From the NCBI GenBank assembly GCA_963777155.1, contig CAVZPM010000034.1:1-64000 (forward strand): 64,000 nucleotides of DNA. Reading direction: 5' to 3'. Numbering within the stretch: position 1 is the first letter of the stretch; each line of letters opens with the position of its first letter. Shown here piece after piece: positions 19,526 through 28,751 of the stretch. This DNA comes from Candidatus Bathyarchaeota archaeon (GTDB taxonomy: Archaea; Thermoproteota; Bathyarchaeia; Bathyarchaeales; Bathycorpusculaceae). The position numbers and the translations under genes were made by a program. Below the pieces are notes generated by a model, which was not told the origin of the DNA, ran no database searches, and saw only the letters and a list, made by a program, of their open reading frames with translations.

Positions 19526-19966
19526 TTAAGCTGAATTCTTAGGTTTCATCCTAAATCGGATTGCCGATACTAGAAAAAGCAAAGCAGCAATAGTTGTTGT
19601 TACAATCCAAAGCCAGAACGACTCCTCAATCGGAGCTCCCCTAACTAAATGGGGAATCAAGACAGCCACCTCACCAATTAAAATGCCGACAAAAATAAAG
19701 CCAATAATGACAAAACTCGGCATGAGTGTCTTCCCAACCCAAACATATCCCTTCTTACTTACTTTTTCCTTAACCACATAATTTTTATATTCATCTTGAA
19801 CAACTAACCCCAAGTCTATGAGCTTCTGAAGATTTCTGTATGCAACACTTGGGCTACTTAGGTTGGCTCCACGCATAACGTCTCTTGGGCCTACAGGCTT
19901 CCCAACCTTGACAAGATACAAATAGGTCTGGAAAGCTGATGCGTTAAGTTCTTCACTTGGCTCCAA
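19526..19966 (-). CDS. HTH protein with two C-terminal TM helices (membrane-anchored regulator?)
   Basis: VGPRDVMRGANLSSPSVAYRNLQKLIDLGLV HTH; two hydrophobic segments. Confidence 0.7.
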   Translation of the reverse strand: MEPSEELNASAFQTYLYLVKVGKPVGPRDVMRGANLSSPSVAYRNLQKLIDLGLVVQDEYKNYVVKEKVSKKGYVWVGKTLMPSFVIIGFIFVGILIGEVAVLIPHLVRGAPIEESFWLWIVTTTIAALLFLVSAIRFRMKPKNSA

Positions 19967-20121
19967 GATATTTCCCTTCAATGATCTAGTATGTGCTACC
20001 TTAAAAACCCAAGCTAGAAACTCGTCACTATTCAGTTTACAGATTTTCCGATGCCAAAAGACTACCTTTCCATCAAAATAGTAAAACAAACATGTGAATG
20101 AAAATAATAAAAAAGTATTGT

Positions 20122-20787
20122 TTATCTTGCGGCTGCAGTTGCCAACTGTTGCTTGATGCTGCCTGCGGAAGTCACGTTTAAGACTCCGTTTTTCCCAAGC
20201 CTCAATTGCCTTTCGCCCCTAAAAACACACACTTGAGCATTTTTTAATTCGATATTATCCCCGACACCGATGCTGCCGATTTGTCCTTCCCAAAGGCAAA
20301 GTTTAGTTTTTCCAGTTTCATCTCCAACTAATGCATTGACAACCATGACGGTGTTGCCGAACTGTGTATGAACCTGAGCCGGTTTCGGAATCTCTAGAAC
20401 TTCAGCTTTCAAGTTAACGCGTTTCATGCCTGCTCTTAAGTCATGGATTGAGGTGTAGATTGATTCGGTGTTTTGTTTAGCTATTTTCTTACGTATCTTG
20501 TCTGTGCTCATCCAACTCTCGAAGGGGTTGTCTTTTCTGAGTAGAAACTCTTCACCCACACGGAACTGAGCCACAACGGCGCTGTCTTTTGTGATGAGAA
20601 ATATGGTTTCCCCTTTGACTTTGCCGCGGTACTCTACGGTTAAGTTGCCGCATACCGCTTTCTCGTTGTTTCTTGCTGTAATTAATGCTTGGAAGACTTC
20701 ATTGGGGTAAATGTTGTATTTAACGGAAAGAAGCGCAAGATGTTCGCCTAATGTTGATTTTTTCTGTCTCAAATTAACCCTTCTCAA
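20122..20787 (-). CDS. OB-fold ssDNA-binding (RPA/SSB-like) protein with N-terminal extension
   Basis: IHDLRAGMKRVNLKAEVLE, VGDETGKTKLCLW, FRGERQLRLGKNG. Confidence 0.8.
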   Translation of the reverse strand: MRRVNLRQKKSTLGEHLALLSVKYNIYPNEVFQALITARNNEKAVCGNLTVEYRGKVKGETIFLITKDSAVVAQFRVGEEFLLRKDNPFESWMSTDKIRKKIAKQNTESIYTSIHDLRAGMKRVNLKAEVLEIPKPAQVHTQFGNTVMVVNALVGDETGKTKLCLWEGQIGSIGVGDNIELKNAQVCVFRGERQLRLGKNGVLNVTSAGSIKQQLATAAAR

Positions 20788-21067
20788 AGTATAGTCAAAG
20801 TTAAGAGAAAAAGCAGCTGTCGGCCTGCCATATCATACTTTTTCTCAGTTACCCGAATATTCACCTAATAATATAGTGTTACCTATATTAGGTTGACGAT
20901 GGAAAAAACTTATTCTCGATTCTAGCTTATCAATCCTCTCCAGATGGAACTGCGCGTTATAAGCCAAAGAAATATGCCTAAACCTTGTACTCTTTGGGTT
21001 ATTATGATGATTAATCCGAACTCCAAAAGCACTCCATTTATAAGCATCGACGAATAGTAAGATGTCA

Positions 21068-21092
21068 CTGTGTAAAAGAGACTTTTACACAG
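21068..21092. promoter_or_regulatory. Perfect 11-bp inverted repeat at the predicted transcription start
   Basis: CTGTGTAAAAG-AGA-CTTTTACACAG, starting ~24 nt after TTTATAAG (21037-21044). Confidence 0.55.
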
Positions 21093-21119
21093 CCAAAGTA
21101 GTAGGAGTTGAAATAGCGA

Positions 21120-21260
21120 ATGTATAATAACAAAGAGATGCACAAGGCAACTTGCGCTGACTGCGGAAAAGAATGTGAAGTTCCTTTCAAGCCAGACGGT
21201 ACAAGGCCAGTTTATTGCCGTGAGTGCTACTCAAAACGTAGACCACCAAGAAGATACTAA
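21120..21260 (+). CDS. 46-aa stand-alone CxxC-x17-CxxC zinc-finger protein, not in ORF track
   Basis: MYNNKEMHKATCADCGKECEVPFKPDGTRPVYCRECYSKRRPPRRY; AGGAG RBS, TATA box, T-rich terminator. Confidence 0.9.
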   Translation: MYNNKEMHKATCADCGKECEVPFKPDGTRPVYCRECYSKRRPPRRY

Positions 21261-21418
21261 GCGCAAGCTTGAGCATCTTTAAAACTAGTAATTTTCTTTT
21301 TTATTTTTTTAATTATTTCACAAAAAAACGCACCTTATTTCTCCAAGCTGTAGTCTGCTTATGAATTGTAAAAACTTTTTTAGCTTCTTGACGACTATAT
21401 CCTCGAGATGCGCCAAAA

Positions 21419-22195
21419 ATGAAACAGTTCCTTATCACACCCCACGCGGGAAAAAGGCTTATAGCAAGAACCCTGGCAAAACACCCATCCATAAATAAAG
21501 TCCTCAAAAACGGGACACTTGTAATCGTTGCTGGAACAACGAACGGTTATGTGGCTGAAGAAATACTAAAAACCCACAAAATAACCGGCGATTTCTCAAG
21601 AAAACACTTTTTCCGCGGCATAACACTGCCTCCCGCCAATAAAGTAACCGCCGAAGGAAGACTATCTAATGAAAGCAGGTTCCCAGGAGATGTGGTAATT
21701 ACTAAGGGCGTTTGGGAAAAGGGTAAGACAATAGCAGATGTAGTCGACAGCCTAAAAGAGGGTGATGTCATATTGAAAGGGGCAAATGCATTAGATCTAA
21801 TACGCCGGCAAGCAGCAATTCTGATTGGTCACCCCAAAGCTGGAACTATAGGTTTGGCTTTGCCAGCAATTGTAGGGAGACGAGTAAAACTGATTATTCC
21901 TGTAGGCTTAGAGAAACGTATAGATAGCGATTTAACCGTGTTGGCTCAGAAACTCAATGTGCCAGGAGCTTGTGGTTATCGCTTGTTACCTGTTTCAGGA
22001 GAAGTATTCACTGAACTAGACGCTTTGGCGGCTCTAACTGGAGCTGAAGTAGAGTTAATCGCTGCTGGTGGGGTTTGCGGTGCAGAAGGCTCATGCTGGA
22101 TATCTGTGAGCGGAAATGAAGACCAAGAGGAGTTTGCTGAGCAAGTTCTTGCATCTTTGACTGATGAACCACCATTTAATTCTGATTTTCTTTAA
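21419..22195 (+). CDS. Conserved hypothetical protein
   Basis: 258-aa ORF; [39 protein letters not shown]. Confidence 0.8.
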   Translation: MKQFLITPHAGKRLIARTLAKHPSINKVLKNGTLVIVAGTTNGYVAEEILKTHKITGDFSRKHFFRGITLPPANKVTAEGRLSNESRFPGDVVITKGVWEKGKTIADVVDSLKEGDVILKGANALDLIRRQAAILIGHPKAGTIGLALPAIVGRRVKLIIPVGLEKRIDSDLTVLAQKLNVPGACGYRLLPVSGEVFTELDALAALTGAEVELIAAGGVCGAEGSCWISVSGNEDQEEFAEQVLASLTDEPPFNSDFL

Positions 22196-22196
22196 T

Positions 22197-22397
22197 TTAT
22201 TCTTGACCATGATGCATCATCATGCCCATTCCGTGTCCTTTCCTTCGATCGCTCATATTCTTCCGCCAAATGTCTGCACCTTGAGAAGCCAAATCCATCA
22301 TCATGTCAATGTCTTGCCTAATCAGTTCCATTACGGGTTGGTTTAATTCCATTTCAAAAGTAAACTTAACTTTACCTGCTTTATCTGTAGTTTCCAC
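22197..22397 (-). CDS. Small protein with Met/His-rich C-terminus
   Basis: GGAGGT RBS before GTG; ends GHGMGMMMHHGQE. Confidence 0.65.
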   Translation of the reverse strand: METTDKAGKVKFTFEMELNQPVMELIRQDIDMMMDLASQGADIWRKNMSDRRKGHGMGMMMHHGQE

Positions 22398-22626
22398 AAA
22401 TACACCTCCCTGCAACTTGAAAATAATCGATTTACGCTATTTATTTGGTTAACGATTGCCTTCTTAAACGTGAGTGGCTGTACTGATACTACAACAATTC
22501 AAAAAGACTCTCTGAAGAGTTGAGTGGTACCGACTTTTAGTCGTTTGGTCTCTTTTGTTATGTTTTATCAAACTTTATATATTAGGTTGGATAATCCATC
22601 CAGATATAAGGGGTTTAAAGAAAAAC

Positions 22627-23598
22627 ATGAACAAAAAAATTGCAATTTACATTGCTACAATATTAGTAATCGTTGCAATCGTTTCTGCCGCTTTTATCTA
22701 TACCAACTACAACGCCAGCTCAAATAATACAGGTACCCATAAAATCGTGTCAGTCGTTGATGACGAAGGTTACATGACCAATTTAACTTCGGTTCCCCAG
22801 AGAATTGTTTCGCTTGCTCCAAGTAACACCCAAATCCTCTTTGCCGTAGGTGTAGGCGACAAAGTTGTTGGCATAACCGACTACGACCATTACCCATACA
22901 ACTTTTCCGCCTGGATTGCCGCTGGTAACATAACAAGCATCGGAGGCGTCTCCACACCCAATAAAGAAACAATCGCTTCACTTAACCCAGATCTTATTGT
23001 TGCAACAACCCTCAATGACCCAGACGTCGTCACGCTTAGAGACTTAGGTTACAATGTATTGGTACTCAATCCAAATGACGTTAACGGCGTATTCATGGAT
23101 ATATCTATGGTTGGCAAAGCAACAGGCGCCGACCAAAATGCCACAACACTGATAAATTCATTAACCAGCCAAATTAACACCATAGAAGCAAAGATAGCAG
23201 CAGCTAACTTACCCAAACCAAAAGTCTACTACGAAGTATGGACTCCACCACTAATGTCAGCTGGCGGAACATCATTCATCAATGACGTAATCTCAAAAGC
23301 AGGAGGAATTAACATCTTCGAAAACGAAACCCAACAGTATCCTACAGTTAGCTCAGAAACAATTGTCCAAAAGAACCCAGATGTAATACTACTACCCACC
23401 GACATGGCAAATGTGGGTGAAGCACCCTTCTATGGAAGTGTAAGCGATGTCGAAGCAAGACCCGGCTGGAGCTCAATTAGTGCAATACACAACAACCGCG
23501 TAATCATCGTCAACGGAGATCTCTTTGCTGAAGCAGGACCACGGATCGCCGAACAAATTGCAGCAGCTGCCAAAGCATTTTACCCAGACCTTTTTTAA
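22627..23598 (+). CDS. btuF: Cobalamin/Fe-siderophore ABC transporter substrate-binding protein
   Basis: N-terminal TM, PQRIVSLAPSNTQILFAVG, VSSETIVQKNPDVI, GPRI; operon with cbiZ. Confidence 0.85.
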   Translation: MNKKIAIYIATILVIVAIVSAAFIYTNYNASSNNTGTHKIVSVVDDEGYMTNLTSVPQRIVSLAPSNTQILFAVGVGDKVVGITDYDHYPYNFSAWIAAGNITSIGGVSTPNKETIASLNPDLIVATTLNDPDVVTLRDLGYNVLVLNPNDVNGVFMDISMVGKATGADQNATTLINSLTSQINTIEAKIAAANLPKPKVYYEVWTPPLMSAGGTSFINDVISKAGGINIFENETQQYPTVSSETIVQKNPDVILLPTDMANVGEAPFYGSVSDVEARPGWSSISAIHNNRVIIVNGDLFAEAGPRIAEQIAAAAKAFYPDLF

Positions 23599-23627
23599 CT
23601 TCCCCAACCCTTTTTTTGTGTTAATAT

Positions 23628-24710
23628 ATGATTACCGATAAAGTAAAAGAGAAATATTCAAAACGATCCTCCAGATGGAAGCTTATTCTTTTACTATTGA
23701 TAGTCACGCTTGTAGTCGTTGTAATTCTATGTTTGAACATAGGCTTCGCACCCATCAACTTCTCAGATATTCTCACAATACTGGGTAAGCAAATTCCTTT
23801 TCTAAACCACTATGTTGACTCTTCATCAGTTTCAGTCGTGAACGAAGCGATAATCCTTCAAATTCGTCTACCACGCATACTTGCAGGAGCCCTTGTTGGC
23901 GCCGGCTTGGCCGCGGCTGGAGTCATGTATCAAGGTGTTTTTAGAAATCCGATGGCTGATTCCTACCTTCTAGGTGCTTCAGCAGGGGCCTCTTTTGCCT
24001 ACACTTTAGCTGTATTGTACGCTGGTTCCCTAGTCCTTAACTTCTTTGGTCTTGGATTTTTCCAAATAGTTGCTTTCTTGGGAGCCGTATTAACGGTTTT
24101 TCTTGTTTACTTCATGTCACGCGTCGGAAGCAAAGTGCCGATAACTACGCTTTTGTTGTCTGGTATAGTTGTTAACATATTTATTTTGGCGTTGCAAACC
24201 GTGTTCGAATTACGGTCAGGCAAGGCGTTGATAGGAATCGTTGCCTGGATAGCTGGTGGGTTCACGAACATTACTTGGACCCATATTTACGTTGTTTTTC
24301 CATTCGTTATAGCAGGGACTGTGCTTGCATATTTCTTTACTAAAGATCTCAACATGCTTTCGATGGGTGATGATACAGCTCAACACTTAGGAGTTAACAC
24401 GGAAAGAGTGCGGCAAATACTCTTGCTCATAGGTTCTTTGATAACTGGTGCAGTTGTTTCCATAAGTGGAGTTATCGGATTCGTGGGTCTTATTATTCCT
24501 CACATGACACGACTCGTCATCGGACCTGACCACCGTATTCTCTTGCCAACTTCCGCAATCGTCGGTGCCATATTCCTTGTGTTCTGCGATTCTGTTGCGC
24601 GTGTAGCAACAGGGGCTTCTGAGTTGCCGGTTGGCGTTATAACAGCCTTGGCTGGAACCCCATTCTTTATCTATCTGCTTAGGAAAAGAAAAACAAGTTA
24701 CTCACTGTAG
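23628..24710 (+). CDS. btuC: FecCD/BtuC-family ABC permease
   Basis: IRLPR, FRNPMAD, GDDTAQHLGV, GVIGFVGLIIPH, ELPVGV. Confidence 0.9.
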   Translation: MITDKVKEKYSKRSSRWKLILLLLIVTLVVVVILCLNIGFAPINFSDILTILGKQIPFLNHYVDSSSVSVVNEAIILQIRLPRILAGALVGAGLAAAGVMYQGVFRNPMADSYLLGASAGASFAYTLAVLYAGSLVLNFFGLGFFQIVAFLGAVLTVFLVYFMSRVGSKVPITTLLLSGIVVNIFILALQTVFELRSGKALIGIVAWIAGGFTNITWTHIYVVFPFVIAGTVLAYFFTKDLNMLSMGDDTAQHLGVNTERVRQILLLIGSLITGAVVSISGVIGFVGLIIPHMTRLVIGPDHRILLPTSAIVGAIFLVFCDSVARVATGASELPVGVITALAGTPFFIYLLRKRKTSYSL

Positions 24711-24725
24711 GATGGCTGATGGAAC

Positions 24726-26078
24726 ATGGTGTTGCTTAGCGTCGATGGTGTCGAGTGCCGCTATGGCTCAGTGAAGATCTTGGAAAATGTCAACTTCACA
24801 TTTAACGAAGGCGATTTCGTTGGCATTGTTGGACCAAATGGCTCAGGAAAAACCACCCTACTGAAGAGTATCAGTAGAACGCTCAAACCTTACACAGGAA
24901 CTATACTCTTGGATAAAACTGATGTTTACAGCATTAAAAGTATGGACCTTGCCAAACAAATGGCTATTGTCCCACAGGAAAGCAACATAGGCTTCAGCTT
25001 CACAGCTTTAGACATCGTTTTGATGGGTCGGAACCCACACATGAAAAGGTTCCAGATGGAATCAGAAGCAGACTTAAACATCGTCAGGAAAGCGATGAAT
25101 CGAACAAACACATGGCATCTAGCTGACAGACCCATAAACGAATTAAGCGGAGGGGAAAAACAAAGGGTCGTTATCGCCCGTGCCCTCGCACAAGAACCCA
25201 AAGTTCTGTTGCTCGATGAACCCCTCACTCATCTGGACATGATTAACCAACTTGAAATCATGGATCTTGTAAAGGAATTATGCGTCAAGGAACATTTGAT
25301 TGTTTTAGCTGTTATCCACGACCTGAATTTGGCGGCGCGCTACTGCAGTTCACTCTTACTTCTTAAAGGCGCGAAAATTTTTGCTGCAGGACCTGTAGAA
25401 AATGTTTTAACCAGTGAAAACATAAAGGCTGTCTTCCATGTTGACGCAATTGTTAAGAAAAGTCTAGTTACCAATTCGCTTTTCGTTATTCCACTTACTC
25501 CTCAGAAGTTGTCGACGCCACGTAACTGTGCTATCCACATTATTGGAGGAGCAGGTACTGGGACAGTCGTGATGAAGGCACTGGTGGATGAGGGATATGA
25601 AGTGACAGCTGGCGTATTGAATATGCTGGACACAGATTATGAGACTGCCGAGCTACTAAAGATTCCAACCGTAAGTGAGGCACCTTTTTCGCCAATAACT
25701 GAGCAGTCACAACGTTTGCTTTCGGAAATGATGAGTAAATCAGCTATTATTGTAGTGACTTCTGTTCCTTTTGGTTACGGAAATCTCTCTAATCTGGAGA
25801 CGGCGCTTGGCGCTGTTAAACGGGGCGTCCGAACCTACGTAATCGATGAGGTACCTATAGAAAGTCGGGATTTTACAAGCGGCAAAGCAACTGCTCTGAT
25901 GGTAGAATTAAAGAAGGCAGGGGCAATATTCATCAAACATCCCTCGCGGCTACCCACACTCGTTAACGCAACCCATGCCAAAATGGAACTACTTAAGCGC
26001 CAAGAGGAGATTCCGGGTCATATGAAAGATACCCCAAAAGCAACTATTCAAACAGCTGACCAAAAGGAGACAAATTAG
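24726..26078 (+). CDS. btuD: ABC ATPase (BtuD/FepC-like) with C-terminal extra domain
   Basis: GPNGSGKT, LSGGEKQR, LLLDEP, HDLN; ~190-aa C-terminal HIIGGAGTG domain. Confidence 0.88.
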   Translation: MVLLSVDGVECRYGSVKILENVNFTFNEGDFVGIVGPNGSGKTTLLKSISRTLKPYTGTILLDKTDVYSIKSMDLAKQMAIVPQESNIGFSFTALDIVLMGRNPHMKRFQMESEADLNIVRKAMNRTNTWHLADRPINELSGGEKQRVVIARALAQEPKVLLLDEPLTHLDMINQLEIMDLVKELCVKEHLIVLAVIHDLNLAARYCSSLLLLKGAKIFAAGPVENVLTSENIKAVFHVDAIVKKSLVTNSLFVIPLTPQKLSTPRNCAIHIIGGAGTGTVVMKALVDEGYEVTAGVLNMLDTDYETAELLKIPTVSEAPFSPITEQSQRLLSEMMSKSAIIVVTSVPFGYGNLSNLETALGAVKRGVRTYVIDEVPIESRDFTSGKATALMVELKKAGAIFIKHPSRLPTLVNATHAKMELLKRQEEIPGHMKDTPKATIQTADQKETN

Positions 26079-26173
26079 TTGTCATCGCGATGGAAAACCG
26101 TATCGAGACCCAGCACGCATTTACAAACCCAACGTCATTAATCGAGGTTTAAAATCTTGAGTGGCAGACTAAC

Positions 26174-26806
26174 ATGACAAAAACTGAAAATATAGAATCG
26201 CTTGATTTTCTTAGAAAACAAGCGGTAAAATTGGGCGCCATAGAAGCGAAGATAATTTCTGTGGAAAAAATCGTTATCGAAGACCGTGTTGTTTTCAAAT
26301 GTAAATTAGGATGCGAAAAATATGGCAAAACATTAGCATGCCCCCCTTATGCTCCAACCCCTGAGGAATTTAGAAAAATAGTCAGCGAATACCATCATGC
26401 CTTGTTTATGAAATTTAGAACGCAAGCCGAAGGAGACTCAGAACTAATAAAGTATCTCTCAAAAACAGATGACCCCTCTCTTCCTCAAGAGATGAAGGCA
26501 AAAGTGGATAAGTTTTGGTCTGCTTGGAAAGATGAGATGAAAAAGATTTTGGAAATCGTTCATGAACTCGAAAAAATGGCTGCTAAAGAAGGGCATCTTC
26601 TTGCCGTGGGGCTGGTCTCTGGGGCATGTCAGTTGTGTGAAAAATGCAACGTGGAAAAAGGAATCTGCCTCCATCCCACCATGAAAAGGTATTCAGAAGA
26701 AGGCGTAGGAGTCAATGTAAAAGCAACTGCGGAAAAAGCCGGTTTGAAATTTACTTTGCCCTTTAAAAAGAATCCTGAGACCTTTGCTTTGCTCTTAATA
26801 GAATGA
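26174..26806 (+). CDS. DUF2284 Cys-rich metal-binding protein
   Basis: KCKLGCEKYG...CPP; GACQLCEKC....CLHP...RYSEEGVGVNV. Confidence 0.85.
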   Translation: MTKTENIESLDFLRKQAVKLGAIEAKIISVEKIVIEDRVVFKCKLGCEKYGKTLACPPYAPTPEEFRKIVSEYHHALFMKFRTQAEGDSELIKYLSKTDDPSLPQEMKAKVDKFWSAWKDEMKKILEIVHELEKMAAKEGHLLAVGLVSGACQLCEKCNVEKGICLHPTMKRYSEEGVGVNVKATAEKAGLKFTLPFKKNPETFALLLIE

Positions 26807-26870
26807 TCTAAGCTAAGCCTTATATAACCAAAAATTTAACTTCATTCAAAATTTAGTGCAGGGCTATCAG

Positions 26871-27977
26871 ATGAAATTGAATACTGGAATCGAGAACATT
26901 AATGCTGAAATCAGAAATCAAACTCTTGTTATTTGGTCCAAAACTCCTCTAAAGATACTAAGTTCTGCTCTCTTGAATGGGGGGTTGATTGAGGCGAATG
27001 GAATAATTAACGTTCAAGTTCCTGAAGGCTCTGGAAGCGACATGAACGACATGCACTGGAGTGGTCCTGAAAATTTCTTAATTAACGTAGCAAACCAACT
27101 GCAACTTCCAAAGGACAAAGTGGTCGGGCTAATGACTGCTGCCAAAATGAAAAACGCGATTGTATCCACGGAAAAGTGCGATGGCGTGACTCTAACAGTT
27201 TTTGTGACAGCCGGAGCAACTGTAGCAGTTACCGCTGGTGAGCCGGCAGCTTCCAAGAGTAGTCAACTCCAAAAAATCGGCACAATAAACATCATAGTAA
27301 TAGTTGATGGAAATTTAACTGATGGCAGCATGGTTGAGGTAGTTAAAACAGCCACTGAAGCAAAAACTGTTGCCATTCGTGAATTGGACATTAGGAGTCG
27401 CTTCTCAGGCGACCTTGCCACAGGGACATTAACGGATAGCGTAGCGGTAGGCTGCACTAAAAGAGGCAAACAAATACAGTATGCTGGGACCTTCACAATT
27501 ATCGGCGAACTAATTGGGAAATGCGTAAGGGAAGGCGTGAAAACGGCTATTTTTAAACAAGAGAATATTGTGCCAAACCGACCTCTAGTTGATAGGTTGG
27601 CTGACAGATGTTTATCGATCGAAACTATTGTGTCACAGGTTTCTGAGGGAAAGATAAAGAATCAAAGCCCTGAGCATGTGAAACTTCAGAAACGACTGGA
27701 ATCGATTCTGTCAGACCCAAAAATTGCATCGCTTGTTATAGCATCTCTTAGGCTCGATGAAGACTTAGCAAAAGGTCTAATTCCCAAAAAAGCTCCAAAC
27801 ATTATGGATCAGGCTTCGTTTGAGGAAATTGTCAAGTCTGCCTCAAAATGTTTCTCGAATTATTCTACAGAATTCTCCTTTAATAAAGAAAAACCCGAAG
27901 ACGAAGCCCAGTTAGGTCCGTTCACGAAATGTGTTTTAAAAGCTATTTTCAAAGAAGTTCACTCAAACATTTCTTGA
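26871..27977 (+). CDS. cbiZ: Adenosylcobinamide amidohydrolase CbiZ with C-terminal CobZ-like (degenerate) domain
   Basis: LSSA..NGG, VGLMTAA, GTINII, TATEAK, ATGTLTD. Confidence 0.85.
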   Translation: MKLNTGIENINAEIRNQTLVIWSKTPLKILSSALLNGGLIEANGIINVQVPEGSGSDMNDMHWSGPENFLINVANQLQLPKDKVVGLMTAAKMKNAIVSTEKCDGVTLTVFVTAGATVAVTAGEPAASKSSQLQKIGTINIIVIVDGNLTDGSMVEVVKTATEAKTVAIRELDIRSRFSGDLATGTLTDSVAVGCTKRGKQIQYAGTFTIIGELIGKCVREGVKTAIFKQENIVPNRPLVDRLADRCLSIETIVSQVSEGKIKNQSPEHVKLQKRLESILSDPKIASLVIASLRLDEDLAKGLIPKKAPNIMDQASFEEIVKSASKCFSNYSTEFSFNKEKPEDEAQLGPFTKCVLKAIFKEVHSNIS

Positions 27978-28033
27978 ACTGTTTTGTGAAGGTCTTGTCC
28001 TCTTAGGATAGAAAAGTATTACTATTTCCATAA

Positions 28034-28747
28034 ATGGTATGCATTCCTATGGATCTGTCGATAATCTTCATCCTTCTTACGGGATTAGGGTTAGGCTTTG
28101 CGCATTCCCTCGACCCTGACCATGTTGTCGCAGTATCCACATTATTATGTAATAACAAAAGCCTGCGCAAATCCATCACTTCAGCAACACTCTGGGGCGT
28201 TGGGCATTCAACGGTGCTGTTCATAATCGGATTGCTTGTCCTCACCCTTAGCGTAGTAATTCCTCAATCTGTCCTCAAACTGTTCGATTGCGCCGCTGGA
28301 GTTTTGTTAATAATTCTTGGGGCGTTTGTTCTCAAGCCGTTAATAGCAGAAAGAGTCCGAAGTAACCAAATTATCCATGAACACACCCATTCCCATCCGC
28401 ACTCGCATTCACATTCTCATTCTCATGATCATGCCATCGATAACCACCATGGTCATGCTTACCTGCATAAATCAGCGCTAACAGGGGCTTTACAGGGGCT
28501 CGGAGGCAGCGCCGCTTTAATGTTAGTAACATTGTCTACAGTAAATTCGGTTGAGACAGGTTTATTTTTCATTTTGCTTTTTGGAGTGGGCGTAATCTTG
28601 GGCATGGTGGGCATCGCCTGTTTGGTGGGCTCTGTGATGGCTTATACGGCATCGAATCTGGAGAGAGTACACAAGATAATTAAAGCCTTAACGGGGTTAG
28701 CAAGTATAGTTTTTGGAATTGTTATTATTGTGTATGCTTTGGTTTAG
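28034..28747 (+). CDS. His-rich UreH/NicO-like nickel/cobalt permease
   Basis: HSLDPDHVVAV, WGVGHS, HEHTHSHPHSHSHSHSH, GLGGSA. Confidence 0.85.
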   Translation: MVCIPMDLSIIFILLTGLGLGFAHSLDPDHVVAVSTLLCNNKSLRKSITSATLWGVGHSTVLFIIGLLVLTLSVVIPQSVLKLFDCAAGVLLIILGAFVLKPLIAERVRSNQIIHEHTHSHPHSHSHSHSHDHAIDNHHGHAYLHKSALTGALQGLGGSAALMLVTLSTVNSVETGLFFILLFGVGVILGMVGIACLVGSVMAYTASNLERVHKIIKALTGLASIVFGIVIIVYALV

Positions 28748-28751
28748 CCAA

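Noticed and set aside
20922-21143. 73-aa hydrophobic minus-strand ORF
   Set aside because: It overlaps the promoter and start of the zinc-finger gene on the opposite strand and has no RBS or recognisable motif
20884-22589. Identical 12-mer TATATTAGGTTG in two promoters
   Set aside because: Many 12-mer matches are expected by chance in 64 kb of AT-rich DNA, and there is no full DtxR-type palindrome
22440-22626. Cobalamin riboswitch or hammerhead ribozyme upstream of btuF
   Set aside because: Only short hairpins; no B12-box consensus; CTGAAGA is not followed by the GAAA core; the TATA box lies downstream of the hairpins
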